DNA from: Candidatus Woesebacteria bacterium RIFCSPHIGHO2_02_FULL_42_20
GTDB lineage: Bacteria > Patescibacteriota > Microgenomatia > UBA8517
Direction: 5' to 3'
Length of the DNA: 64,000 bases
Assembly (NCBI GenBank): GCA_001792535.1
Contig: MGGS01000013.1
Span: forward strand, 64,692 to 128,691
The position numbers were made by a program, and so were the translations under genes. Below are positions 1 to 8,678 of this stretch, piece after piece. Under the pieces are notes generated by a model. The model worked only from the letters and a program-made list of their open reading frames with translations. It did not search any database and had not been told where the DNA came from. Position 1 is the stretch's first letter. Every line of letters begins with the position of its first letter.

Positions 1-2
1 CA

Positions 3-341
3 AAAAGAGTAATAGTAATTGCCGATGGAGTAATTATTTTTGATGGGGGGCTTGGTGAGCTTGTAGCACTTTATGCCAAAGATAAGATAATTAAGCTTGT
101 CCTGTCTGACGATGGCGACTACAAAAAACTGGAGAAGATTGGGAAGGTAAAGGAGATTGCGATCCCAAAAGTAGAAATTGTAGTGCCCAGAAGCACGGCG
201 GCGCTGGCGGCGTCTGAGATACTTCAAAATTTTGCAGTCGAGGATCTTACTATCGAAGAAGAGCCGATAGAGAGTGTGATTCGTAGAATTTTCAGCGGCG
301 AGGTCAAAAAACCCGGTCTAAGAAAAAGGAAGAATGGATAA
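3..341 (+). CDS. ABC transporter ATP-binding protein, C-terminal fragment; the 5' end lies outside the window
   Basis: Frame-3 ORF open from the window edge (…KRVIVIADGVIIFDGGLGELVALYAK…) ending at TAA 339-341. It overlaps the start of the downstream permease genes in an ATGGATAA arrangement, as in ABC-2 operons. Confidence 0.55.
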   Translation, partial: KRVIVIADGVIIFDGGLGELVALYAKDKIIKLVLSDDGDYKKLEKIGKVKEIAIPKVEIVVPRSTAALAASEILQNFAVEDLTIEEEPIESVIRRIFSGEVKKPGLRKRKNG

Positions 342-1134
342 GTATATCGCGATTTTTAAAATTTCTTTCGCCCAGGAGTTTGTATACAAATTGAATTTCC
401 TCATGTGGCGCCTGCGCAATGTCATGCAGGTTTTTTTGGTTTTTTTTCTTTGGGATGCAATCTTTTCGGACCCGCGCTCGTCGGTTTTTGGTTATAACCG
501 TTCAACCATTTTGACCTATGTCTTTGGGTTAATTATAGTTAGATCCGTTGTTTTATCAGCAAGATCAGTTGACGTCGCCGGCGAAGTTAGCCGCGGTGAC
601 CTTTCCAATTATTTGATCAAGCCAATCAGCTATTTTAAATATTGGTTGACCAGAGATCTTTCAAGCAAAACGCTTAATTTGCTTTTCGCAGTTTTTGAGG
701 CGTCGGTTTTGATGGTGATACTAAAACCGCCGTTTTATCTGCAGACTCACTTTGTGCAGTTACTGCTTTTTGCATTGGCAATTTTTATAGCAATTTTGCT
801 GTTTTTTTTACTGATGTTTCTTTTTAGTTTGTTTCCTTTGTGGTATCCTGAACAAGCTTGGGGGGCGTCGTTTCTGCTTTTTATTTTTGTAGATTTTTTG
901 GGTGGCGGTATTTTTCCTCTCGACGTGTTGCCAGCGAATATCCAGAGTGTTTTATATCTTACTCCCTTTCCATATTTAATGTTTTCGCCGTTACAGATTT
1001 ATTTGGGGAAATTTGCCACGCCTTTGGCAGTGGAAAGGGTGCTTTTAGGGTCACTGTGGGTCGCCATACTGGTTTTTGTGGTAGGTAAGGTCTGGAAGCT
1101 GGGGCTAAAAGTTTATAGATCGGAGGGCAGATGA
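334..1134 (+). CDS. ABC-2 family transporter permease
   Basis: 266-aa polytopic hydrophobic protein directly downstream of the ABC ATPase fragment. It is translationally coupled to the next permease by an ATGA overlap. Confidence 0.7.
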   Translation: MDKYIAIFKISFAQEFVYKLNFLMWRLRNVMQVFLVFFLWDAIFSDPRSSVFGYNRSTILTYVFGLIIVRSVVLSARSVDVAGEVSRGDLSNYLIKPISYFKYWLTRDLSSKTLNLLFAVFEASVLMVILKPPFYLQTHFVQLLLFALAIFIAILLFFLLMFLFSLFPLWYPEQAWGASFLLFIFVDFLGGGIFPLDVLPANIQSVLYLTPFPYLMFSPLQIYLGKFATPLAVERVLLGSLWVAILVFVVGKVWKLGLKVYRSEGR

Positions 1135-1925
1135 TGCCTAAAAGAATAAAAAGATACTTGACGGTTTGGTGGATGATGAGCAAAAACTCATTTTTGGCGG
1201 TTTTTTATGTAAAGATTGCTCTATCAATATTTTTGACGGGAAAACTGCTGCGGTTTGGATTCTTTTTGGTATTTATGTTTTTTTTGCTAAAAGGGTCAGG
1301 TGGCCTGGCGGGATACACTCTTAATCAGTCGATATTTTTCTTCTTGACCTTTAATCTTGTTGATGTCGCGTCTCAGTTTTTATTTCGCGAAGTATATAGA
1401 TTTAGACCACATTTGGTTTCCGGAGATTTTGACCTGACTTTGGTAAAACCGCTAAGCCCGTTATTTAGGAGTTTGTTGGGCGGTGCTGATGTAATCGATT
1501 TAATAACAATTCCGCCTTTAGTTCTGGCGGTAATTTATGTAGGCGGCCTTTTAGGCCCATCCGTGTTGAATGCTGTGTACTACTTACTGCTTTTGGTAAA
1601 CGGCCTTGCTCTTGCCGCTGCATTCCACATCTTTGTACTCGGATTTGGGGTAATTACGCTGGAAGTGGATCACTTGGTTTTTATATATCGCGACTTGGTT
1701 AATTTGGGTAAATTGCCTGTAGACATCTATCGTGAGCCGATTAAGTCGGTCATAACATACCTTATCCCGGTTGGATTAATGGTAACTTTGCCCGCAAAGG
1801 CGCTGATGGGTTTGGTCAGCCCGGTGGGAATTATTACGACACTTGGGATAAGTGTGTTAGCTTTATTTGCCGCAAACAGGTTTTGGCAGTTTGCTTTGAC
1901 AAAATACACAAGCGCGTCAAGTTGA
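1131..1925 (+). CDS. ABC-2 family transporter permease (second subunit)
   Basis: 264-aa multi-TM protein with a 4-nt start/stop overlap with the upstream permease. It ends …LTKYTSASS*. Confidence 0.7.
   Translation: MMPKRIKRYLTVWWMMSKNSFLAVFYVKIALSIFLTGKLLRFGFFLVFMFFLLKGSGGLAGYTLNQSIFFFLTFNLVDVASQFLFREVYRFRPHLVSGDFDLTLVKPLSPLFRSLLGGADVIDLITIPPLVLAVIYVGGLLGPSVLNAVYYLLLLVNGLALAAAFHIFVLGFGVITLEVDHLVFIYRDLVNLGKLPVDIYREPIKSVITYLIPVGLMVTLPAKALMGLVSPVGIITTLGISVLALFAANRFWQFALTKYTSASS
1892..1925. repeat. left copy of a 34-bp imperfect direct repeat (TGCTTTGACAAAATACACAAGCGCGTCAAGTTGA)
   Basis: 30/34 identical to 2443..2476. Both copies encode the permease C-terminus LTKYTSASS*. Confidence 0.8.
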
Positions 1926-2197
1926 TGAAGAAAATAGTTTATACGAAACACGCCGAAGGGAAACTTGAGAGATTAAGGAGGGTTGGCTCTAAAGTTTCGA
2001 AAAATCTGGTTGCAGAGACTGTTTTCGAACCGGAGAATATTGATTTCGAAATTGACTATCCAAAAATTATTGCTTCTCGCCCATTAGATAAGCTGCACAT
2101 CCTCAGAGTTGTTTTTAGATATGAAGATGATAAAATTATAATCGTAACTTTGTATCCAGCAAGGAAAGGCAGATACTATGAAAGCAAAAAAAACTAA
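1925..2197 (+). CDS. DUF4258-family protein (putative toxin-like component)
   Basis: MKKIVYTKHAEGKLERL… N-terminus typical of DUF4258. The start overlaps the permease stop (TGATG). The ORF-track start at 1883 is probably too far upstream. Confidence 0.55.
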   Translation: MKKIVYTKHAEGKLERLRRVGSKVSKNLVAETVFEPENIDFEIDYPKIIASRPLDKLHILRVVFRYEDDKIIIVTLYPARKGRYYESKKN

Positions 2198-2420
2198 AAG
2201 TGGATATCCAGAGTTTGTTTATGAAAAAGAAGATGATGTTCTGAATATTTGGTTATCTAAGAGGAAAATCGATTATGCGGAGCAATCAGGCGACGTCATT
2301 ATACATTTTACCAAAAACAGCGAGCCGGTTTACATTGAAGTGCTTGACGCCTCTAAATTTCTTCGGGTACAATCCCGTGCTTTACCAAAAGACCTAAGGG
2401 AGACACTTTTTGTTGCCTGA
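2178..2420 (+). CDS. DUF2283-family protein (putative antitoxin-like partner)
   Basis: 80-aa ORF overlapping the DUF4258 gene by 20 nt. DUF4258 and DUF2283 are known to pair. The motif …YEKEDDVLNIWLS… resembles DUF2283. Confidence 0.5.
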   Translation: MKAKKTKSGYPEFVYEKEDDVLNIWLSKRKIDYAEQSGDVIIHFTKNSEPVYIEVLDASKFLRVQSRALPKDLRETLFVA

Positions 2421-2442
2421 CATGGCAGAAGCTTTTTGTAAT

Positions 2443-2476
2443 CTGCTTTGACCAAGTACACCAGCGCGTCAAGTTA
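2443..2476. repeat. right copy of the 34-bp imperfect direct repeat (TGCTTTGACCAAGTACACCAGCGCGTCAAGTTAA)
   Basis: Sits immediately before the miaA ATG at 2480. It is non-coding here but would still translate as LTKYTSASS*. Confidence 0.8.
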
Positions 2477-2479
2477 ATC

Positions 2480-3439
2480 ATGCAAAAACTACTGGTAATT
2501 TGCGGTCCTACCTCAACAGGGAAAACGAAATTGGCCCTACACCTTGCCAAGAAGTATAACAGTGAACTTATTTCTGCCGACTCCAGGCAGGTTTATAAAG
2601 GAATGAATATCGGAACAGGCAAGGAATTGCCAGCAAATTCAAAATTTAAGATCCAAAGTTCAAAATTGCCAGGATATTATGAAATCAACGAGGTTAGGGT
2701 TTGGGGTTACGATCTTGTTCCCCCCACTCGCTCTTTTAGCGTCGCACAATATAAAAAAATAATTGACAAAGTGTTACTCACTATATTTAATCGCAAGAAA
2801 TTACCCATACTTGTAGGCGGGACAGGCCTTTACATTAAAGCGATCATTGACGACATTTCTACGCTTGGCGTACCAAGAAATACTAACCTTCGAAAAAGTT
2901 TGCTAAATAAGACTTCAGACGAACTTTATGCTTTGCTGTCGCAATTTGACCCCATAAAGTCAGCTTCGTTAAATGTTTCGGACAAAAAGAATCCCAGAAG
3001 ACTGGTTCGCGCAATAGAAGTGGCTAGTCGCATCAACAAGCTTAGTGAAATTAAACCTAAAAAGATTAATTACAATTTGTTATTAATCGGTCTGATATTG
3101 TTTAGGCAAGATCTGTACAGCAAGATTGCTAAGCGAGTAGATCGGCGAATTGACCAGGGAATGGAAACGGAAATTCAAAAACTAATTAGTTCGGGAGTAA
3201 GATGGGGCAATCAGTCAATGAGTGGTATGGGCTATAAACAATGGGAGGGATACTTCAGCAAGAAAGAGAGTTTAAAAAAAGTGATCGATAAGTGGAAGGT
3301 AGCCGAGCGGAGTTATTCCCGGAAGCAGATTGCTTGGTTTAAAAAGGATAAAAGAATAACCTGGTTTGACATTGCTAACAAAGGTTATCCTCAAAATGTG
3401 GAAAGCTTGGTAAGAAAATGGTATAAAGAAACAAGCTAA
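2480..3439 (+). CDS. miaA: tRNA dimethylallyltransferase
   Basis: LLVICGPTSTGKTKLALHLAKKYNSELISADSRQVYKGMNIGTGK P-loop and substrate motifs. 319 aa. Confidence 0.9.
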   Translation: MQKLLVICGPTSTGKTKLALHLAKKYNSELISADSRQVYKGMNIGTGKELPANSKFKIQSSKLPGYYEINEVRVWGYDLVPPTRSFSVAQYKKIIDKVLLTIFNRKKLPILVGGTGLYIKAIIDDISTLGVPRNTNLRKSLLNKTSDELYALLSQFDPIKSASLNVSDKKNPRRLVRAIEVASRINKLSEIKPKKINYNLLLIGLILFRQDLYSKIAKRVDRRIDQGMETEIQKLISSGVRWGNQSMSGMGYKQWEGYFSKKESLKKVIDKWKVAERSYSRKQIAWFKKDKRITWFDIANKGYPQNVESLVRKWYKETS

Positions 3440-3442
3440 GTT

Positions 3443-4435
3443 ATGCACCAAAAAATTGAAATTTCACATAAGACTATCATTTTTACGGTTCTTTTCTTGG
3501 TGTTCTTGTGGTTTCTCTATTTTATTCGCGACATTATTTTTTTGGTTTTCGTTGCAATACTTATTTCAACGATATTAAACCCAATAGTTAAAAAGATTCA
3601 TAAGTTTAGAATACCCCGTGCATTTGCGGTGATAATTGTTTATCTATCGGGACTTGCCTTTTTGATTTTCGCCTTAGGTACTGTTCTGACTCCGCTTGTG
3701 GAGCAGACAAGAAATTTTACTAATAACTTCCCTCTTTACTTGGAGAGGTTGCAAATACCTGAAAGTGTGGTTAATCAAATTGCCAATGAGATTACTTCGC
3801 AGTTTGGAAGCATCTCTTCACAACTACTTAGGCTTGGTGTTTCAATTTTTTCAAATATATTGACAATTTTTGCAGTTTTGGTTATTGCTCTTTATCTGCT
3901 TATTACGCGGGAAAAAATTGACAAACAGCTCTATTCCATATTGGCCGCCGACAAGGCTAAAAAGATCGAAAGAGTGTTGAATCAGTTGGAGAAGGATCTG
4001 GGTGGCTGGACCAGAGGGGAATTATTGCTCATGTTTATGGTGGGGTTTACGACTTATTTGGGTTTGACTATTTTAGGTATCCCTTTTGCCGTTCCTCTGG
4101 GTGTGCTTGCCGGTTTGTTGGAAGTTGTACCAAATCTTGGCCCCGTGGTTGCAGCTATTCCTGCAACTATAGTGGGGTTTGCCATCTCCCCTATCAGTGG
4201 TTTTGCGGTTGTCGCACTTTCATTTTTAGTCCAGCAAGTGGAAAATTATGTTTTTGTTCCAAAAGTTATGGAAAAGTCTGCCGGCATTAATCCCGTCGTG
4301 ACACTGCTTGCGCTTTTGATTGGTTTTCGACTTGCAGGGGTTTCTGGGGCAATTCTGGCTGTTCCTGTAGTTATAACTCTTAGGGTAATAATTAAAGAAT
4401 ATTACCCGCCCACTGCTTCTCTTAAAGATCGATAA
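3443..4435 (+). CDS. AI-2E family transporter (PerM/YhhT-like permease)
   Basis: 330-aa polytopic membrane protein with the characteristic …LLEVVPNLGPVVAAIPA… segment of UPF0118/AI-2E transporters. Confidence 0.75.
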   Translation: MHQKIEISHKTIIFTVLFLVFLWFLYFIRDIIFLVFVAILISTILNPIVKKIHKFRIPRAFAVIIVYLSGLAFLIFALGTVLTPLVEQTRNFTNNFPLYLERLQIPESVVNQIANEITSQFGSISSQLLRLGVSIFSNILTIFAVLVIALYLLITREKIDKQLYSILAADKAKKIERVLNQLEKDLGGWTRGELLLMFMVGFTTYLGLTILGIPFAVPLGVLAGLLEVVPNLGPVVAAIPATIVGFAISPISGFAVVALSFLVQQVENYVFVPKVMEKSAGINPVVTLLALLIGFRLAGVSGAILAVPVVITLRVIIKEYYPPTASLKDR

Positions 4436-4448
4436 TATTGCGTAAATC

Positions 4449-4457
4449 TGCTATAAT
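4449..4457 (+). promoter_or_regulatory. extended -10 promoter element (TGcTATAAT) for rnpB
   Basis: TGCTATAAT ends 7 nt upstream of the predicted P1 5' end of the RNase P RNA. Confidence 0.5.
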
Positions 4458-4464
4458 ATGCCCA

Positions 4465-4782
4465 CTCTGGAGGAAGGGCAATCGATCGCCAACAGCTACG
4501 CGGTTGTGGGCGGTAGGAAAGTCCAGGCAGCTCAAGGCAGGGTGGTCGTCGTAAGGCGGCACGCGAAAGCGCTAGAAAGTGCCACAGAGACAACGACTCA
4601 TCTTGGACCTAACCGGTCTAAGAAAGAGGGTGAAAAGAGGAAAACCTCCCCGCTGCAACCTCCGAATGGGGCGTTTGCTTGCCTACGCAAGTAGAAGGTA
4701 GCCTTGCCGAGCCCCGAAGCTTGAGGGCATAGATTGATGATTGCCATAAACAGAACCTGGCTTACTATCCTCCGGAGCCAAA
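4465..4782 (+). ncRNA. rnpB: RNase P RNA, bacterial type A
   Basis: GC-rich patch in an AT-rich genome. It contains GGAAAGTCCAGGC…AAGGCAGGGTGG, GTGCCACAGAGACAACGACTC, AGGGTGAAAAGAGG and the 3' block GGTAGCC…GCTTGAGGGCATAGATTGATGATTGCCATAAACAGAACCTGGCTTAC. These align segment by segment with the E. coli M1 RNA motifs GGAAAGUCCGGGCUCC, AGGGCAGG, ACAGAGAGCAAACC and ACAGAACCCGGCUUA. P1 can form between CTCTGGAGGA (4465-4474) and TCCTCCGGAG (4768-4777). Confidence 0.85.
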
Positions 4783-5521
4783 AAAACTCACCACATGGTG
4801 GGTTTTTTTGTGGATGAGAATCATATTTTTGCGCGACAGCCAAAAGACCCACTCCTTGAGGAAAGTTTATGTGTCTTAATACTTTGTTCTCGACTGCGAG
4901 AATATACTTGAAAATAAAATTAATAAAAGGGTTCACTTTGTTAAGTGATAAGTTTTTAAATAAGATAGCAGCTGGTAGTAAAGAAAAGTTCATGAATGAG
5001 AGCTTTGCAACTCTAAACCCTGCCCTTTCCAATTTTTCCCCGATCTCGCTTTTTGAGTATCTGTGGCGGGTGTGGACTTTTTGATCATGTTCGCTGAAAA
5101 GCCAGTTGTTGGCTGCAACTCTTAGAATCAAAAATCCCTTGGGTTGTATAACTCTGTAAAACTCCTTTATAGCTAGTTTGTCGTTGACACCTTTGTGGTA
5201 TAAAACATCAATTGAAGTGACGATGTTGAATGAGCTGGCCTTAAAAGGCAGTTTATTAATGGACGCTTTTATAGCATTTATACCTCTTTGTTGACAAAAT
5301 TTTATAGCCTCCGAACTTATATCGACACTTGTTACGCGGCCGTATTGTTTCAATTTTTTACTTAGGAGTCCAGTACCGCAACCAGCGTCTAAGATGGTGA
5401 CCGGTGTCTTGTGACCGGGGATTAGCGATTTGACTACGGAAATTACTAAGTTGTGCAAAGCAACATAATAAAAATGAGTGCTTTCGTTCTCAAATAACTT
5501 TTCGTATTCCGATACTCTCAC
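4598..5521 (-). CDS. class I SAM-dependent methyltransferase
   Basis: Motif I ILDAGCGTGLLS. Probable GTG start at 5521 overlapping the GT2 stop (GTGA). The ORF-track start at 5671 would overlap the GT2 gene by 154 nt. The last ~185 nt of the ORF run antisense through rnpB, so the true 3' end is uncertain. Confidence 0.55.
   Translation of the reverse strand: MRVSEYEKLFENESTHFYYVALHNLVISVVKSLIPGHKTPVTILDAGCGTGLLSKKLKQYGRVTSVDISSEAIKFCQQRGINAIKASINKLPFKASSFNIVTSIDVLYHKGVNDKLAIKEFYRVIQPKGFLILRVAANNWLFSEHDQKVHTRHRYSKSEIGEKLERAGFRVAKLSFMNFSLLPAAILFKNLSLNKVNPFINFIFKYILAVENKVLRHINFPQGVGLLAVAQKYDSHPQKNPPCGEFFWLRRIVSQVLFMAIINLCPQASGLGKATFYLRRQANAPFGGCSGEVFLFSPSFLDRLGPR
4783..4815. terminator. A-run / short hairpin / T-run terminator-like element after rnpB
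   Basis: CAAAAAAACTCACCACATGGTGGGTTTTTTTGTGG. A weak GC stem is flanked by A7 and T7 runs, so it is potentially bidirectional. Confidence 0.45.
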
Positions 5522-6219
5522 TTTTTCAATAGAAACAATTTTACCCACAGCATGATAAGTTCTTTGAAAGTTGAAACAATTCGATTGAATCTGAAAAATT
5601 GTGATTTCCCGTAACGCCTTTGATAGTGGTGGATTGAAACTTGGCGGAATTTGGCTCCTGCAAGCTGACACTTTTTGACCAATTCTACACAGACTGCCCC
5701 CGAATTTGAAGTCAATGTTATTTTGTCGATTATTTTTTTTCTAATGAGTCTGAAATCACAGTCAACGTCGTAGGTGGGAAGCCAAAAAAGCCAACGGGCG
5801 ACAAAGCTGTAAAGATTGCCTACGAATATGCGGTATGTGGGATCTCTCCTAGTCATTTTTATTCCGTTTACAAAGTCGGTATCAGAAGTCATTAGATTTG
5901 CAAGGATGGGTAGTTCGTGTACATCGTATTGACCGTCACCGTCGGTATAGAAAATGAGGTCCTTTGTGGAATTTGTAAACCCACTTTTTAAAGTACCCCC
6001 ATATCCCCGGTTAGTCTCGTGAAAAACGAGTTTTAGCTTTGGATAACTTTTCTTAAGTTTTTTTAGCACCTCTCTACTTTTGTCTTTGGAATCGTCATCG
6101 ACAACAATTACTTCGAAGTTACGTGTGATCTTGGGGAGGACAAGAAAAGCGTCTCTGACCAAGGTACCAATATTTGTTTCGTCGTTGAAGCAGGGGAAAA
6201 AGACCGAAATGCTGACCAT
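5518..6219 (-). CDS. family 2 glycosyltransferase, polyprenyl-phosphate sugar synthase type (DPM1/GtrB/ArnC-like)
   Basis: MVSISVFFPCFNDETNIGTLV…VIVVDDDSKDKS…NRGYGG… is a GT2 DxD/N-terminal signature. The protein is 233 aa. Confidence 0.8.
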   Translation of the reverse strand: MVSISVFFPCFNDETNIGTLVRDAFLVLPKITRNFEVIVVDDDSKDKSREVLKKLKKSYPKLKLVFHETNRGYGGTLKSGFTNSTKDLIFYTDGDGQYDVHELPILANLMTSDTDFVNGIKMTRRDPTYRIFVGNLYSFVARWLFWLPTYDVDCDFRLIRKKIIDKITLTSNSGAVCVELVKKCQLAGAKFRQVSIHHYQRRYGKSQFFRFNRIVSTFKELIMLWVKLFLLKK

Positions 6220-6225
6220 AAGATT

Positions 6226-7563
6226 CTATAATAGCTCTAGCAATTTATAATCGTAAGGGGCAGTTGTAATCGTTTGTATGACTGTATCAAATTTCTGCGG
6301 ATTTTCTGTAATTATTAAATAGCCTTTGAATCTTGAAATGTCGTCATAACTTTTTATCCACCATTCGTTAATTTTGCCGCCGCTTTGGCTTGCGACAGTT
6401 ACTTCATTCAGGCCTGAATAGTATAAAAAGGATGAAAAATCCGGGCTATCCAATACTATTTTAGTTTGAGGACTATAGTTCATTTTAATAAACTTTCCCA
6501 ATTCAGCGCTGATGTATGATTTATCCGGATTTTCTTTATCTAAATTTTTGATCGAATTAAGTTGTAAGATGATCAGCAAAGATAAAATAAGAATATATTT
6601 TTTGTTAAGGCTGGAGGTAGAAAAGCCAGCGATCAGCGAAGCGAATGGATAAAGAGGTAACAAGAACCAGCCCAACTTGTCAGCCAGGAGATTTAGGGGC
6701 AAGGCGAGTGTGATAACTGACAAAGTTAGGAACAAAAGAGCTTTATTTTTAAAATTTTTTACAAAGTGAAAAATAATAGGAATAAACCAGAATCCAATAT
6801 CTCTTATGAACACTTTGGTTAATGTGGTGTCCAACATCGGCTCTTTCCAGCTTAAATTTCCGGCAAACAGATCGGTAATGTATGATTTAACAAACTCTTC
6901 ACCAAACTTTAATGATCCAAGAGCAAACCACCACAGGGATGCAATTAGTAATACGGAAATAAGCTTAATAATTTTTTTAACCTCTTTTTTACCGAGTAAA
7001 AATTCAAATAGCATAATCCAGGCTAAGGGGAAAAAACCGAATACTAAACCCTTTGTTAAAATGGCACCGGCCAAAAACACACCCGATACAACTGGTGACC
7101 TGTTTATATAAAAGTAAAACGAGAGTATAGAAAACAGTGTAAGTAGTGCGTCCAGATTTCCATGGCTGAACCTTTCCACGACCTGTCCAAGAGTAAGAAA
7201 GATAATTGCCGCAACTAAGCCTGTTTTATAATTGAATAGTTTTTTACCGATTAGATAAATCAGTGTTGGTATTAGAGTTGCCGCTGACACACTAACAAAT
7301 CTTGCTTGCCATTCCCCTGGACCGAAGATTTTTAGAATAGGGTAAGTAAGCCAGAAATACATCGGAGGTTTGTCAAAGTAATATCGGCCGTTCCAAAATG
7401 GCATCAAAAGTCCGGTGTTATTTATGGCCATGTTTTCGCTAATTTCCCCGTACCAGGCCTCATCCCAATTTCTTAATGGAAATTCGTTTATTGAGCGGAA
7501 GAATGCAAATATGGAAAGTAAAGTTAAGGCAATTAAAGGCCATCTGTTGTTTCGAAGTTTCAC
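6226..7563 (-). CDS. GT-C fold membrane glycosyltransferase (ArnT/PMT family, GT39/GT83-like)
   Basis: 445-aa polytopic protein with a DKPPMYFWL motif near the N-terminus, characteristic of ArnT/PMT-type polyprenyl-phosphate-sugar-dependent transferases. It lies directly upstream of the GT2 gene. Confidence 0.65.
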   Translation of the reverse strand: MKLRNNRWPLIALTLLSIFAFFRSINEFPLRNWDEAWYGEISENMAINNTGLLMPFWNGRYYFDKPPMYFWLTYPILKIFGPGEWQARFVSVSAATLIPTLIYLIGKKLFNYKTGLVAAIIFLTLGQVVERFSHGNLDALLTLFSILSFYFYINRSPVVSGVFLAGAILTKGLVFGFFPLAWIMLFEFLLGKKEVKKIIKLISVLLIASLWWFALGSLKFGEEFVKSYITDLFAGNLSWKEPMLDTTLTKVFIRDIGFWFIPIIFHFVKNFKNKALLFLTLSVITLALPLNLLADKLGWFLLPLYPFASLIAGFSTSSLNKKYILILSLLIILQLNSIKNLDKENPDKSYISAELGKFIKMNYSPQTKIVLDSPDFSSFLYYSGLNEVTVASQSGGKINEWWIKSYDDISRFKGYLIITENPQKFDTVIQTITTAPYDYKLLELL

Positions 7564-7605
7564 GCAAATATCTTACTCAAGACGTGAGAATGTTACAATA
7601 CTTTC

Positions 7606-8073
7606 ATGAAACTTGTTGTTCAAAGAGTAAAAAGAGCGGAGGTTAAGGTGGGCAATAAAGTTGTTGGGAAAATTGGCAAGGGGTTGTTTATTTTAGTGGG
7701 AATTGGAAAAGCTGATACAGCGAAAGAAGCAAATGCTTTGGCGGCGAAATTAGAGAAGATGAGAGTGATGAGCGATCCCACTTCGCCGAGGCTTCGAGGG
7801 GCAAGTGGGAAAGATAAAATGAACTTTAGTGTACGAGACGTAGGAGCGGAAGTTTTGGTTGTTTCTCAATTTACGCTTTATGCAAATACCGCGGATGGAA
7901 ATAGACCTTCGTTTATAGAAGCGGCTGATCCGAAAAAGGCAAAGGAAATCTACGAATACTTTATAGACGAACTCAAGAATTTGGGTTTAAAAGTTGAAAC
8001 AGGAAGTTTTGGAGAATATATGAATATAAAAACAGAACTTGACGGACCTGTTACTATAGTACTCGAAAGTTAA
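7606..8073 (+). CDS. dtd: D-aminoacyl-tRNA deacylase
   Basis: MKLVVQRVKRAEVKV… N-terminus and the SQFTLYAN motif. 155 aa, the size expected for Dtd. Confidence 0.9.
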   Translation: MKLVVQRVKRAEVKVGNKVVGKIGKGLFILVGIGKADTAKEANALAAKLEKMRVMSDPTSPRLRGASGKDKMNFSVRDVGAEVLVVSQFTLYANTADGNRPSFIEAADPKKAKEIYEYFIDELKNLGLKVETGSFGEYMNIKTELDGPVTIVLES

Positions 8074-8678
8074 TGGCCGCTAAAGCAAAACAGATTTTGT
8101 CTAAAGTCTTTACCCTGATCGCTGTTATATCCCTTTTAACAGTGTTCGGTTCAGGGTCTTTTATGGCTGGTTTTAAGCTTGGAGCGCAAAGCGAGGCTTT
8201 AAAGCCACCTGACACAGGTACCCCTTCACCGACGGTTTTGCCTATGCCAGTTGCAACCTTGATTCCAACCTTGACCCCTAAAATACAAAATACTAGTCCC
8301 AATACGCAAACGTGGGGCGGGCCTGATTTATGGGAAGCTGTGAATAAAAGGCGGAAAGACTTCGGTGTTAATGAGCTTGCCAGCAAATCGGAGCTTTGCA
8401 CAATTGCCTCAATTCGATTAAATGAACTGTTGGAATTGGGTAAACTTGATGGACATGAAGGGTTTTCTGACATGCCGGAGAGGCGGCCTGACCTGAAGTG
8501 GATTTATGATAAATATAATTTGTCGGAATTTTTGGTTTCCGGAGCGCAAAGCGCCAGTGAGGCAGTTTCTTTGTGGGAAAACACGTTGGGACACAAAAAA
8601 CTGCTTAACGGTGGTGAGTATGTCTGGGGCTGTATTTATGCCCAAAATGGCTTCGGAGTCGCGATAACTGCTTATTAG
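8073..8678 (+). CDS. CAP (SCP/PR-1-like) domain protein with N-terminal TM segment and Pro/Thr-rich linker
   Basis: TM helix, then a PTVLPMPVATLIPTLTP linker, then a C-terminal region with CAP-like GHxxLL / GEYVWGC blocks. Confidence 0.5.
   Translation: MAAKAKQILSKVFTLIAVISLLTVFGSGSFMAGFKLGAQSEALKPPDTGTPSPTVLPMPVATLIPTLTPKIQNTSPNTQTWGGPDLWEAVNKRRKDFGVNELASKSELCTIASIRLNELLELGKLDGHEGFSDMPERRPDLKWIYDKYNLSEFLVSGAQSASEAVSLWENTLGHKKLLNGGEYVWGCIYAQNGFGVAITAY

Noticed and set aside
858-1183. ORF-track entries 858..1088 (+) and 959..1183 (-) inside the permease gene
   Set aside because: They overlap entirely with a well-supported membrane-protein CDS in other frames or antisense. They look like chance open frames in AT-rich DNA.
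4598-5671. ORF-track start (5671) for the methyltransferase
   Set aside because: It would overlap the upstream GT2 gene by 154 nt in a different frame. A GTG at 5521 forms a typical GTGA stop/start overlap and leaves the MTase domain intact.
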